Assembly (NCBI GenBank): GCA_033442325.1
Contig: JAWQFM010000020.1
Coordinates: 681,564-745,563 of the forward strand
Length of the DNA: 64,000 nucleotides
Direction of reading: 5' to 3'
Source of the DNA: Salpingoeca rosetta
Lineage: Eukaryota > Protista > Choanoflagellata
Part shown: positions 13,305 to 38,500 of the stretch, piece by piece
How the letters are laid out: each line of letters starts with the position of its first letter
How positions within the stretch are numbered: the stretch's first letter is position 1
The notes under the pieces: model-generated
What the model was told of the DNA's origin: nothing
What the model saw: the letters and a program-made list of their open reading frames with translations, nothing else
Databases searched by the model: none
Program-made: the position numbers and the translations under genes

Positions 13305-15279
13305 TCAGCAGTTTGAGTCGTCGACTTCCTCCACGTAGTTGCCTGGGAACACGCCCTCCTTCTCTGTTCCAACGATGCGCCCAAGAAACCACCCGTCCTC
13401 ATTCTTCAACAGCACCTCCACCTCTTGCTCCTCCTCCAGATCAAGCTCGTCAGGCGCCGTCGCAGTGTAGTCGTACTGCACAATGGCTGCAGCGAACAAG
13501 ACAAGCATTGGGGGTGAGGCATGCGCGCGCTGTGCTTGCAAGCATGCATGGACAACCAATGTGCGGAACACCTGCACACAAAAAAAGGATACACAGACAC
13601 AGGCACAGACAGACAGACAGACACACAGACAGACAGACAGGTACACACAGACAGACAGGTACACACAGACAGACAGACAGACAGACACATAGCATGTGCA
13701 AGAACAAACCTCTGCTGATGACGGTGCGAGGCCCACTGGGAGGTTTGGCGGTGGGCGGGGGAGGTGGCTGCGACAGCGGCGCGACAACGCCGTACACGTG
13801 ATCCGAGTCATCGCCCTGCGCAGGGGGCGGTGGTGGTGGCGGCATGGATGCTGAGGATGGCACAACTGTTCCATACATGGAGTCGCTTGTATCTGAAGTC
13901 CAAGCATCGTTTTACCGCCGCGTGAGTGTGTGCATGGAACAAATGGAGGTTGGTAATGGTGAATCAGGTGACACACCCCAAAGCCAATTTCGCGCACACT
14001 GCACCCACAAACAGACACAAACAGACACAAACAGGCACACACAGACACACACAGACACACACACACAGACACACACACACACACACACAGAGACACACAC
14101 ACACACAAACCACACAAAACACTAAGCAGTGGTGACCAGGAAAGCACGCACCATCTTTGTCAATGTCAGTGTACAGCGGGTCATTGGAAATGGGCACGGA
14201 TGGGGGTGCGCCTGGTGGGGGCGGGGGCGGTGCTTGGGTGGGCGCTGTTGGTGGAGGTGGTGGTGGTCCAGGCATAGACGGCGGAGGCGGTGGCGCCTGT
14301 GTTGGTTGTGTGGGTGGTGCAGCTGGCGTCGCTGGCGTCGCTGGCGTCGTGGGGATGCTGGGGATGGTTGGTGCCTGGGGCGCGGCCGGGGACACGGGTG
14401 CTTGCGGCACAGAGAGGGAGCCAAAGTCCTCATACAGGCTCTCTGTTGGTGCCATGCCCGTTGAACGGGACGTGATCTCCAGGGAGCCGTAAATGGAGTC
14501 GGCGCTGGGCATGGACGGCGCTGCTTGGCCCTGCGGTTGCTGCGGCGGTGCAGAGAAGAAGTCGTTGACAGGAGGGCCACCCATGGGCGGGCGCTGCTGC
14601 TGTTGCGGCGGTTGCTGCATCATGGCGTCCTTCACGCCCGTGCCCAACCCATCCAGCGCGTTGTAGTTGATGCCCATGTGCATGAAGCCGTTGCCTTGCA
14701 GCGGAGCCGTGTGTGGCGCTAAAGATGGCAGTGGCAGCGCACGAAGAGGCGAGGAAGCCCGCAAAGGCAAGGGGGGGGGGGAAACGAGGAGGGGCAGGAC
14801 AGATACGGTGGTTTGAGTGCGAGGGCGAGGGCGAGTGCGAGTGCGAGGGCGAGTGCGAGTGCGTGAGATGACGTCCAGATTGAGAGGTGCGTTGTGGATG
14901 AGGAGGTACGAGCAAACACGAGACATGGGCAAAAGGGGCACGCAGTTCTTGACAGGGCTGTATGACACGCCAGAGGCAGTGCGTGCGAACGAGGGGGAAG
15001 GAGGAAGCGACTTACGTCTGATGCCCCAGTTGGGGCGCAACTGCTTCTCACGCTTTGCGGGCGCAAACTTGGAAAACTCCTTGCGGCCGCCCTGTGCTGC
15101 ACACAGCTTGATGGGAAGCGGAAATGGCTGTCTCTGTTGTCACGCTGCGTTGAAACAGTGCAAGAGTAGCATCACCAAGACAAGCTGAACAGCAGAATGG
15201 GCGTTTACAACACGCACACGCACACACACGCCCACACACGCGTTTACAACACGCCCACGCACACACACGCCCACACACG

Positions 15280-15317
<38 letters not shown>

Positions 15318-16191
15318 ACCTCTCCAAGGGAGTAAACGGAGAGTGAGGCATGTTCGCAGTTGAGCAGCTGTTGGTCAAGTTGTCGGCTCTGTCATTGGCA
15401 TGTTGCAAGCGAGGACAAATCGACGACGCGTTTGGCGCATCGTATGTGAGCGTACAAGAGAAGATTGCGCGAAACCATTTCGTGTGAACAGAAGGGAAGG
15501 ATAGGGACCAGAGCAGCGGCGATTGTAGTGGAGCACTGCACCGCCCAACCACAACAACAGCTCAAAGGCGTCACGGTGAATATGCACGCAATGGCCAGCA
15601 GCACTGCTCACCAAGCCCTTTGCTGCACCGTTGACTTGAAAGGCGACGGCAGCCTGCGGCAAGTACAGCGCAGATGAGAGTGAAAAAAATGAGGAAATGC
15701 AGGACAAGGAAGGAAGGAAGGGCCTCAATGTCAGTTTCTGACACGCAAAGATGCAAGCACGCAGCACAACATACACACATACACAGAAAGATAGGCAGGC
15801 AGGCAGACAGACACAGACGCAGACACAGACACAGACACAGGCAGACATGCACAGACACAGACACAGACACATGCACACAGAAACACACATACACAGACAG
15901 ACAGAATCACACATACACAGGCAGACAGACAGACAGACACATACACAGACACACAAAACAAAACAAGCAAGATGAGATTGCTTGCAAGCACGCAAAACAC
16001 AATCAAGACGCAAAGTCGCCCGAAACAACAAAGGCAGCCCGGAATTGCCCCTCTTGGTAGTTACATACCAGTGCATCAACAGCGTATTTCTTGCTTTGGT
16101 CCAGAGGATCGGAGCTGGCGCCCTCAATGTAATCTGCCAGCTCCTTCAGGCTCTGCGCACTCTTGCGCAGCGGTTCCACAAACCCATCCAT
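13305..16191 (-). CDS. ABI: Abl-interactor (Abi) family adaptor: N-terminal WAVE-complex helices, Abi_HHR-like motif, proline-rich region, C-terminal SH3
   Basis: LRKSAQSLKELADYIE..KKYAVDAL|AAVAFQVN resembles Abi 'LTRVADYCE..KAYTTQSLASVAYQIN'. INYNALDGLGTGVK resembles 'IDYTVLDDVGHGVK'. Poly-Pro region, then SH3 QYDYTATAPDELDL..NEDGWFLG..EGVFPGNYV. Confidence 0.88.
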
Positions 16192-16413
16192 ATCCGCCCT
16201 CTCTGGTTCCAGCTTGGTGTGCCTTTGTTTGCCGAATTTTAATGCACAACTTTCTCTAACATTCGAAATAAGCAGGTAACACATTTTGTCATGTCGCAGT
16301 GGCGGCAGCAGCGATGCATTTGCGTCTGTCCACCACCATCCATCCTCCGTCCTCCATGCTCCTCGTTCTCCTCTCCATGGTTCATCTCCAAGGTGTCTCT
16401 AGTTTGGTCCTCT

Positions 16414-27079
<10,666 letters not shown>

Positions 27080-27224
27080 GGTTGTTGACCCTGCTTGTAA
27101 TTGGTTGTTGTGGTGTTGGGTCGCGTCGAGAGATCAAGGCATGCGGTGAGCTCCTCTGTTGGAAGGTCGAGACTGCTTTGGTTCAACCGCCTCACATAAC
27201 ACAGCGCAGCATGTTGCTCTCTAG

Positions 27225-27353
<129 letters not shown>

Positions 27354-28498
27354 CACACACAAACGCCATCTTGGTGAGCTTGCTGCGCTGACCTTTGAGG
27401 TTGGAATCACTGGCGTTGTTGCTGGCTCTCAATGCGACACCGTGGACCAATCTTGTTGTCATGGTCCAGCCTCTGCGTTGTGTAGTTGCTGTACGCCTGT
27501 GCGTATCTCTCTCTCTCTGTCTGTCTCCCCTGCGCACTCACACTCACACGCTCACACACGCATACACTCACTCGCACACACACTCGTCCTTGCTCCCTGC
27601 TTCTGGTCCTGGCTGCAACTCGCCAAGCGTCACCGCCTCCGCTGTTCCGGTTTGCTGAATGGACGCTGGTGGATGGTTGACGATGCCTTCCTTCTTCGTT
27701 GTCGTCTCTGGCGTGCTGCCGAGTTTTGTTGCTGTGCTTCTTGTGTGTTGGAGTGTTTGAGTGGACTGGGACTGTGTCTTGGTCGGCGAGAGCGTCTGTG
27801 GTCACGCACCCGTCCTCCTGCATCGCCCCACAGTCATCGCAGTTTGGATGGTATGCCTGACCAAAGCCTGTGGCATGTTGCCAAAACTCCTGTCCTTGAA
27901 GATCGTATTGGACCGAAAAAGTCGCGAAACGACAGTGGAGACACGCGACACACAGAAATATGGTGGCTTTTGGGTCTTCGCGTATGTCGCCTCTCCTCTT
28001 CGTTCGTGTCTTGTCTCTCCTCTCCAGTCTCCTCTCCTCCCTGATCCCTCTCTCTGTCAACCAACATCACCAGCGGCATGAGAGCGTGTTCCTGTTGTTG
28101 CGTTTATTTACTCTCTCTCTCTCCTTCACAGCAAGGATTTGCTTCTCTGAACGATTGCCCAAACGAACATGACAAAAGCAGGAATGTCGACGCACAGTCA
28201 CATGATACATGAAAAAGCGTTGGTTGGCTGGCTTGCTTCTGCTTCACGCAATGCTCTACAACACTATCTCCTTCTCCTGGCTTGAATTGCTGCGTGTGTC
28301 TGGTCGCCGGCGAAACACAGATCGGGAGCGGTGGTGCCTTTCAACAGCCACAAGAGTGAGGTGTCAGTGAGGACATTGGAAAACAAACCATGCGCATGGA
28401 TACGGTAAACCATGGCGATAATGTGGTGGTGGTGGTGATAATACATGTGCCCTCCATTTCTCAAGCCTCAACTCCCCAACCGCGAAAGCTCAAGTCCC

Positions 28499-28732
28499 TC
28501 ACCGCTTCTGTGATGCACGATGCCGCCGGGAGCTGAACCGTCGCCTCAGCCCGCGCTGTCACGCACACACACACACACACACATGATGGGAGCAGCAGCA
28601 ACAACCACAAAGCCGCCCGTGTGAGGTGAGTGAGTGTTGGGCGAACGTTGTATGCACGCAATCACAGAGAAGTCGGTAAACGCGTCACTGTTCAAGCAAT
28701 CACACACCCACTCGCGCACACGCACTCACAGC

Positions 28733-28768
<36 letters not shown>

Positions 28769-31696
28769 CACACACACTCACTCGCGCGCACGCACACACA
28801 CACACACACACTCGCGCGCACGCACACACACACACACACACACGCAGCACTCACGAGGCTGCTGGTAGTCTTGGTGAGAGAGGTGGACGACCCTGTGCGG
28901 GATGTGTTAGTGCTGCGTCTGCTCTTTGGTTGTGAGTCCATCAGCGCTTCAAAGGCCGACCGGTAGCGGTCAATGGTGTCAGCCTGTGTTTGCAGTGCCG
29001 ACGACAATGCGTCCACGCGGCCCTGGCTCTCCACGGGATCGGCAGAGACGGGGTGCTCCTTCACAAAGTGCATGCGGTCGCGTATGCTCGCCGTGTACCT
29101 GAGGAAGACAGAGTACGCGAGTGAGATGGGCACACAAGTAGGCAAACAACGCGCACACACGCACGCACACACACACACACACAATATGGCTTACGGGTTG
29201 CTAAAGAGGCGAGCAGCGAGGTAGTTTTCGTGCTCGCGCTGGGAGAGGCGGGTGTTGAGGAGGCGCGTGGGCACGTCGTCGCCCGTGGCGTAGACAGGTC
29301 GCATCTCAGGCGGCTTGGTCTGCACAGACGAGTCACAGCATCAAGGGCGTCATGGGGAGTGAGCTGCGAGACGTGTAAACTGACGCCATCAACAACGAAC
29401 CACGTGTAGGGCGTGACACACACACACATCCACATACACAAACACACATGCACACACACAAATGCACAAACACACATGCACACACACAAACGCACAAACA
29501 CACATGCACACACACAAACGCACAAACACACATGCACACACACACACGAGCACAAACACAAACACATACACATGCACACATGCACGAGCACAACAACGCA
29601 ACAGCGGGCGATGTACACAGACCGCGTTGGCTGCGTCCTCTGGCAGGACGTGTTTGCCTGCGATGATGGGGTTATCGTCGCCGGTGCTGTAGGCAGACAT
29701 CTTGATGACGACGTCTTGGGAGTGGCGCGGCCGCCGCGTTGTGCGGCGCAGCTCTGCTCACGGTAAAGGTGCAAGGGGGCAAAGGGATGGGGTGAGTGTA
29801 CAAACAACGTGAGAAGGACGACAACGTGCATGCATGCATGCGTGCATGTAAGCACTAAGGGGTGAACCTGCGTCGATGTGTTCATCACACAGACATACAC
29901 AGACACACACACACACAGACATACAGACACAGACACACACACACACACACATACACAGACACACACACGGGCATACAGGCACACACACACAGACACGCAC
30001 CGAGGAGGTGGGTGAGGTCAACGGCCTGTGTGTCGTAGCGGCGGCGCGATGTTTCTTCATCAATGGGCTCCAGCCGCGGCTTAAATGCGCTGTCATGTGA
30101 CGTCTTCCTGCTGCTGCTGCTGCTGTTGTTGCTGCCGCCGAGTGTCATGGTGTGGTGGATGAGCTGTGCAGCAGCAGATTCAGACCACCTTCGCCTGTGC
30201 TGGCTTCCTGTTGAGTGCGTCGCAGCAGTGCCCGTTGTGCTCTCCACACCATCACTCTGCTGCTGTCGCTGTTGCTGCGGGTGCTTGCTGCTTCTCCATG
30301 ATTGCCAGAATCTGAAGCTTCCGCCCCTGTTGTGAGGTTCCCTCACTCCCACTCCACCCTCTGCGTCCACTCTACTTCCTCTCTCCTGCTGCATTTTCTG
30401 CGGCACCCCATCATCGCTCGCGTCCCCGTTGTGGCCATCATGGCTGTCAACATTGCTGCCGTCTCCCGCGTCCCCACCGTGCTCGAAGCCCTCCTCCACC
30501 CCTTTGTCTTTCTCCTTCCCGTTGTTCTTCCCGGCCTCCTCCTTCTCCTCCTCCTCCTCCTCATCCACCACCACCACCTGCTGCTCGTTGATGCCGCCTG
30601 TTGTGTGCCGGCGTGTGTGGCGTCGAAAGCGGCGGGAGAGGCGGGGCGACCAGCGGAAACTGATGCGGCGCCGCCGCGTGGATGGGCTGGCCTCACCATT
30701 CGCTGCTGTCGTCTCCACGGCTGCTGACGATGGCGATGATGATGATGGCATTGGTGCATCCGATGTGTCTGTTGTTGTGTCTGTGCTTGCGCTTGGCAGT
30801 GTTGTTGGGGCTGCGGGCGTATGTGGTGTGGTTGTGCTTGCTCCTGGTGGTGCAGATGATGTGTCATTCGCATCTGGGTTGTGTGTTTGACGGCAGCGTT
30901 CGTGCAGCACAAGCGTTTTGCTTCCCTGCCGTTGGTGCATGGCATCCACGGCAGGGTCCCTGATTCGCTTCATGCTTCCGCACGGACGGGATGGTGTGCT
31001 GCTATGTACGCCAGTGCGTGCTGGACCCACATCACAGTCCTCGCTGGCACAAAGCGCATGACTGTTGTCGATGTCCTGCGGCGATCCGTGGCGTCGCAGG
31101 TCTTCATAGCACCAGTCCAGACTCACGGTATCATCGTCGTTGTCGTCGTCGCTGTTGTTGTTGTTGTTGTGGTGGTGGTGAGGTCGGTGGCGCGAGAGCA
31201 GTTCACAGCAGCTGCTGGTGTTGTCTTCATCATCCTCATCGTCAGCAACTGGGAAGACACCAGCAGCGTGGTCATCGTCAGCGCCAAAGGCAGTGCCCCA
31301 TCGGTTGTTGTGTGTGACTTCCTCGCTGGTGTCGCCCTCTGGTTGAGGTTGCACCGTCATATACCCGCCATCCGCTCGCAAATCATCAGCAAACACCTCC
31401 GCTTCACCCTCATCATTATCATCACGAGCTGTGCCACACGGCAAGATGGCCAGGTAGGTGTGCTCTTCCAGCAGTTGGCTGTGTTCGTGTGTCTTGTCTT
31501 CTAGCGCCTTGCCGTTCTGCTGTTTCCCTTTCCTCCTGCTCTTCCCCCGCTTGCGCCAACCCTGTTTGCTTGGCGGTGCGGCCTTTTGGCGCCCTCTACC
31601 GTCATCACCATCACTTGACGTGCTGCTGTGGCTGCTGTTCTTGCTGCTCTTGCCACGATTGTGACTCCGATTTCGACGCGAGAAGAACGAGAGCAT
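28499..31696 (-). CDS. Hypothetical protein: large low-complexity first exon plus several small C-terminal exons
   Basis: About 565-codon first exon from ATG 31696 to a donor near 30000, then coding-like exons at ~29620-29765, 29213-29320, 28855-29098 and 28499-28555. No recognisable domain, and the 3' end is uncertain. Confidence 0.6.
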
Positions 31697-32033
31697 GGCG
31701 TGTCGTCTGTTGCCCGTTTGGCCAAGCGTCTATGTAAATGCAAGCATCAGGCTGGCGCCTTGGGTTGTGTTGTATGCCTGGAGTTCCTTGTGTCGTCTTT
31801 GTCCTTTCTGTCTTTTACAGAGACAAGACTAGCATCAACCTCAGCAAGCAGCATTCCGTGCTGGTGATGACAGAGAGATGTCTGCGTTGTGCGGGGAAGC
31901 GCGCTCCAACCATGCATGCTTCATCTTCGCCACTCCAAACCAACACAGACATCCCAAAACGCCACCTGCATCGTCACGCTGAAAAGTCGTCAGGCAATGG
32001 AGACTGAGGCTGAATTCAGTCACAACAGATATG

Positions 32034-32120
<87 letters not shown>

Positions 32121-32353
32121 GTGTGTGTGTGTGTGTGTGCTGTGTGCGTGTGTGTGTGTGTGCGTGTGTGCTGTGTGTGCAGTGATGGGAGGCTTGTCTT
32201 TTATGAACATGATGCACAAGCACAAAAAGGAAGCGGGGCAGTTACGTTTCAAAACACACCGGAACAAAGAGTGACCAGAATTAGAAGTACAAACCAACCA
32301 AGCACCTACAAGCACGCATGAGACGAAGCGCAAAACACCATCAGGGTGGACCG

Positions 32354-32971
32354 TTAGGTGGGGGAGTTGACGTGTGCTTGGAGGAGGTGGAAAGCTTTGC
32401 CAAACACGGCGCACACACGCGAGGCCTCATCCTCGCTTCGCGCCTGGTACAAAAAGTACACACACGTGTCCGAATCGGTCTTGCCAGTCTCAACCACAAT
32501 CACGTTCTATGGTGCGCGCGGGCGCGTGTGTGTGTTTGTGCGGCAAGAGAAATAAGTACAGCAATGGAGAGGGGGTGGCAGTGCGCGTGATGTGGGTGGC
32601 GTGAGTGAAACGAGCAGTGATTGCGTGCATTGATATGTCTGCGTAGGTAAGGTCAAGCATATGATTGCGCGTGCTTTGCTATTGTCGTAGGAGCGTNNNN
32701 NNNNNNNNNNNNNNNNNNNNNNNNNNNNNNNNNNNNNNNNNNNNNNNNNNNNNNNNNNNNNNNNNNNNNNNNNNNNNNNNNNNNNNNNNNNNNNNNNNNN
32801 NNNNNNNNNNNNNNNNNNNNNNNNNNNNNNNNNNNNNNNNNNGTGCGTGTGTGTGCGAGTGGTACGTGAGAGAGAGTGTGTGTACATGTGTGTATGCGTG
32901 TGTGCGTCTTGTATTTTTGAGATCGTTGCTTTCGCGCGGATCGGTATGGCTTTTTCTCTTTCAATCTCGCG

Positions 32972-33061
<90 letters not shown>

Positions 33062-33859
33062 CTCACTCTCTGCCCTCTTCGACACACGCACCTCTTCGTT
33101 GATGTCCGTGACTTTGACACCGTAGCGTGTGAGACACATGCGCACGGCGTCCTGGGCAGTTGCCACGTGTGCTACGTTGCCTTGAAGCTTCTGCTCATCA
33201 ATGTACTCAATCAGCTCACTCCCTGATCGTCGCACACCAGACACCCGTCCAAGGAACTGCAACACACCGCGCAAGCGTGTGTGTGTGTGTGTGCGTGTGT
33301 GTGTGTGTGTGTGTGAGAAAGTGTGAGAGCAAGCAGAGGGGCAATGTGCGTGTGCTGTGTGCATGCGCTGTGTGATGATGGAAAAGCATGCACAAGCTGT
33401 CCAACTCCCCCCCCCCCACACACACACACATGCCAATACACACAATCCAACCTCCTCTCACCTTTAGGGTGAAGAGAAATCTTGAATCGAGTGTGAACAG
33501 CTCTTGTGCCTCCGTTGCTACAAGAAAACAATCAACACAAGCCAATCGTGAGTGCAGATGAGTGTGCGCTGTTTCCACACAAAAGCGACCAACACACACA
33601 CACACAAATCTGTCACAATTGCACACACAAACAACACACACACACATACATGCGCATGCAGATACACATACAGACACATGCACATGCACACACACTCAAC
33701 ACACACACAATCAGCACGCACATACTCACACAATCAACACACACACACACACACGCTCTCACCGTGTGTTGCTCTTCTGGCCTGACCGGCCTGGGCTGCG
33801 TTGGATTTCTCCTCTGCAACCCAAAACGCAAGCGCAGTATCATCATCCACCCCAGCCAT
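32354..33859 (-). CDS. Small single-PTB-domain protein resembling ICAP1 (integrin beta-1-binding protein 1)
   Basis: Joined exons read FLFTLK|FLGRVSGVRRSGSELIEYIDEQKLQGNVAHV..VRMCLTRYGVKVTDINEE|[gap 32697-32842]..|NVIVVETGKTDSDTCVYFLYQARSEDEASRVCAVFGKAF. This parallels ICAP1 as recalled: '[61 protein letters not shown]'. Confidence 0.75.
32697..32842. other. Assembly gap (N run) within the ICAP1-like gene, probably hiding part of an exon
   Basis: Ns. Confidence 1.
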
Positions 33860-34957
33860 GGCGTTTGTCGTCCGTCCGTGTGCAACGTGTGCGTTGTGTT
33901 TGTTTGTTTGCTGCTGTGGTGGGTGTGTCCCCTTCTCTCACGCTCCTCTTTGCTTCTCCTCACTCTTCTCCTTGTTCGTTCTTCGTCGTCGTCGTTGTTT
34001 GTGTTTCGTGGTTTTGCCAATTGCATGGCATTGGGATGCAAATTGGAAGAGCATGCAAAAAAGTACGTATTGCCCTTGAAAAATTTACCTCCTTTGCAAC
34101 AAACGGGACGTTCGCATGGCATCATGGCTGATTTTCGCCCTGCCTCGCTCAAGCCACGCACGCACACCGCACGCACGCCTGCCTGTTTTTTCTGTATCTC
34201 GTTGCAAGTTCTTGGTGTCAACCACCATAAACACACAAACCACAGCTGCTACTTCAAGCACGACCACCTGCTTGCTCTGCTTGCTCGTGTCTCGTTGGGG
34301 CACCTCTCCTTCTCCAATCAACTGTAACCGCCCTCCACACGTTCTGTCTGTTGTCGCGTCTGCTGTTGTGGGTGTCTGTGTGGGTGACAGCACCAGCACC
34401 ACAACTGCTGCCGAGCCAGCTTGCTTCCACTCGTCGTTTCCTTGTCTTTCCTTGCTTTGGTGTCAGCAAACCAGCCTTCCCGGCCTGTCTGTTCTGTCTT
34501 TGTCTTCTTCTTGTCGATTGTCCTTCTTCGTTGTCTCCTTCTCCTGGTTGTTTGGTCTGTGTGGTCGACACCTTGCAATTGACTCAAAAGGTCGGTTGGG
34601 CCGCGTGATTGCTGGTGGCTCTTGTGGAAAGGGAGTTGTTGCACTTGCCTTGCCATGCACCTGCTTCGCCCGCCACGTGCATGCACGTGGTCCACGTGGC
34701 AGCGTGCACGCGTGGCAACTTGTGCACGCGAAAACCCGCGTGCCACGCGCCCATGCTCATGCCACATCTTTACTACCCCTGTTGTTTGTCACCATGCATT
34801 CATTCATTCATTCATTCACTCATTCGTTTGCTCGTTCGCGCTCGTTCATTCATTTGTGCTTCCCTGTCGACACACACACACACGCACACCCAATATGGGC
34901 AGGCTTGACTCTTGTCGAGCAGCGTTTGCTCGCTTGCACAAGTACGCGTGCGCGCTC

Positions 34958-35528
34958 ATGGGCGAAGCGGTTGTCGCCGCCATGGGGCGCGTCATCCTCG
35001 TCCTCTTCCTCACCATGCTGATGGCCGTGCCAGCATTCACAACTGGTCCACACCCTGGATGGCGTAAGTGCTCGCTCCTCACCGTTGTTCGCCGGCTCGC
35101 ATTCGCTCGTATTCGCTCGTTCGTTCGTGCGTGCGTTCGTTCGTTCGTTCGTTCGTTCGTGTGCTCCTGTTTGTCAGTCCACCAACCTGTGCAGCCACGC
35201 TCACTGACCAGCACACCCATGCAACCACAGCTCACACCAGCTTCTCGGTCACTGGCTTTTTGTTGTTGTTGCTTATCATGCCCCCTCATGCTGGTGCCTG
35301 GGTGCTTGCCACAAACGCCATTCCACTCGCTTTGCCACTCACTCCGCGTGTGCTCCATGTTACACAACAAACCCAGTCTTGTCGCCGTCCTCTGAGGGCA
35401 TGGACCTCTCTTATGGAACCCTTTTTAAGCACAGGTGAGTACAGGGGAACGAATGCTGCTGCGTGCCCTCACAAACCCCGTCTTCTCACAACACCACTGT
35501 TCATTGCTCTCGACTCTTGTTCACTGAC

Positions 35529-35560
<32 letters not shown>

Positions 35561-38500
35561 CACACGCAACTCTTGCCGTTGTCATCCTTCTCTCCCCTGT
35601 TATAGCCACTCCATCTCTGCCTCAACCGGCACTGCCACGGAACACCAGCATCAGTTTGTGACCGATGCTGCCAGCAGTGGCGCATCCCTACCCGCCCTTG
35701 TCCCGCCAACTGTCGACTTTGGAGACCAGTGCGTTGCCATTGTTCGCATTGCTCTTGTTCAACTTTCATTCTTGTGTTCCCATGCATCGACTGTCGACAA
35801 CAGCCTCCCTTCTGCTTCTCTCCTTGTTCTTGTTCTTGCAACCCTGCACACTGCCCCCCATTGTTGTGTCAAATCGCTCCATGTTGCAGTGCAATCCACG
35901 CTGTCCCTCTCTCTCCCTCTCCCACCCGCTCATTTCACTCTTGTACGCCTCTTACCACTGCCACCCCTCCGCCCGCTCAACTCACACACACTCACACACA
36001 CACACACACACACTCTCTCTCTCGCTCGACAGGCCGCTTTGTCGCGCTGTTCAATCCACAGTTGTTGTCGTCAACGTGAACGCCCGCTCGGAGCTGACAT
36101 TGTTGTCGCTTTCCTCAAAGAGCAACGATGTGCATGCCTCATGGTTTGCGCGCGAGGTCATCCCGCCCGGGGAAAACACCACCTTCTCCATCGTGTTTCT
36201 TGGTCGCAGCCTCGGTCGCAGCGAAAGCACCATCCTCATCAGCACATCCCTCGGCGACCTCAAGTTTGAGGTGAGTCATTCATGCGCGCGCGCGCGTGTG
36301 TGTTAATGCGTGCCTGCGTGGTGTGTGTGTGTGTGCGTATGCTTGTGCTGGTTTCGTGCATATGATGGCCGAGCTTGCTTTCTTTGTGACCAGCCGCCAG
36401 CTAATTGACTGCTTCATCCTCCCCCCCCCCCACCCACACTTGTCCTCGCTCTCGCCCGTCTCAAGGTTACCGGGACGAGCGTGCGCAACCCGAATGGCCT
36501 GCGGCCATACGTTAACGGGCGCATCCCAAGCCACCTTCGTCTGGCTCAACCCATCCTCTTCTACAACCCGCACCCGTTTCCCATCAAGGTGAGCGAGGCA
36601 CACGTGCAACACACCAACGCCAGCACACTCGACCAGCTGCGTGCATGTGTGTGTGTGTGTGTGCATTAACGTGTGCGCACATTTGCATAAATCCCTCGCT
36701 TAATATGTTTGTGAATGCACACAACCCCTCATGGTTGTGCTCCTGCGTGCCTCGCCATCACTTGCCTGTCTGCCTCTGTGCTGTCTATCAAGGTCGAAGA
36801 GGTGCTTTCGAGCACAGAGGAAATTCAGCTTGACATGAACGCCCTCTTCCTGGACAAAACCGATGGCGACGTCCAGGTGCGTGTGTGGGTGTGGGTGTGT
36901 TGGTGTGCCTCGTGTACTGCGTGAGCTCTGTGCCCCATTTACGTGGTGCCAACAATATTTTCTCCACCTTGCTTGAAACTTGTACCCCTGTTTTGGCTTT
37001 TTCCGTTTGCTAGATTTCGGACAAGGTGTGGGAGATTGAGCCATTTCGCATGAAGCCTCTCATTGTCGCCGTGGTCACCTCCGAGGTCAACCCCTACGTC
37101 TCTGTGAGTTGCCATCACCAACGCTGACTCGCCCGCGTACACGTACACGTCTGTGTGTTTGCTTGCATGCTCTTGATTTTGTCTGTGTGTTTATCTGTTC
37201 AAACATCCTCGTGTGCACGCACCACTGCGCGATGACTTAACCTTGTCCAGCAGCCGCTGCATGTGCTGCTTCCCTCCAAGCTTCCCTCCGCATTTCTCAC
37301 ACTCCATGTGGCGTTTTTCCTTGGTCCTTTGGCGATGCGTGTTGTGGGCACAGGGGTACATCAACGTTCGCACAAACCATACGCATGACAACGCCATCAT
37401 CCCCGTGGAGATTGACATCTCCTCAGGTGCTTCCCCGCGTGCTTTTGAACCATTGCAGTTTTGTGCCTTTGTTCGTCCGTACCATATGGTGCATGGGTTG
37501 CTTGTCAGCAAGCCTCCCTTGCTCGTCCACATGACGTTCTGCTCCACTCATGCGTGCTTCGTCTGCCGACGTCAATCCGCTTGCCTCACTCATAACCTCC
37601 TGCCTCCCCTGCGCGCAGATGATGGCTTGTTTTATGGGCCTGGGGACAGCCTTGACTTTTCCATCGTGTACCGGTCCGACCCGCGCCGGCACAGGCCGCT
37701 CCAGCTCCTGTTTAAGGACTCAAAGAGCGTACGTAGCGGAGCGCCTGTGGCATGTCTCACGCCCATGTTCTGGTGTTGCGTGTGTTTGCGTACTGTGTCT
37801 GCACACGCGCGATTGTGGTTTCTCACCCGCTTGACTTGCGTTCCCTCGCTGTTTTGTGTTGCAAACACAGGCGGCGGTGGCCACGATTGGTGGTATCCGC
37901 GTTGTGCGGTGTCACAAAGCCACGGATCCAACCATCAACTGCCCCCACGTCACTGTCCACCACCGTCGCGAGCGTCTTCAGCTCAAGCCATGTACGATGC
38001 CACCACCGTTATTTTGTTGTGGTTCACGCTGTTCACGTCGCGATGGGCGTGTGTGTGTGTGCTGGTGTGTGCCTGATGTTGGACTTGCTTGCCCGTTTCC
38101 CGTTTCATTTTCTTGCCTTGCGGTCTACTGAATTGTTGTTCTGGACTGCTCTTCCTGCTGTCCTCACTCACATACACATACACATGCACGTGTGTGTGTG
38201 GTTTTGCCGTTTTGTAGATGTGTGGAGTCGTGTGGCGACCATCAGCCTTGCGTCTGCCCGGCTTGTGGAGTCGCCTGGTGTGTACACAGGCGCCCTCGCC
38301 GTGGAGTACATCACCTCACGCGACAACTCCAGAACACGCCTGCTGGAGGTGCCCTTCCACATTGACTACGCCGAGGGCTCGCTTGACCTGCCCAACCTCA
38401 ACTCGAGCTTCTTCGTGAGCGGCCCGCCGTTTGAACCAGACACCCGAAGCTTCACCATCCATAACACGCTCCCCTTCCCCGTCAACCTGTCGGAAGCGCG

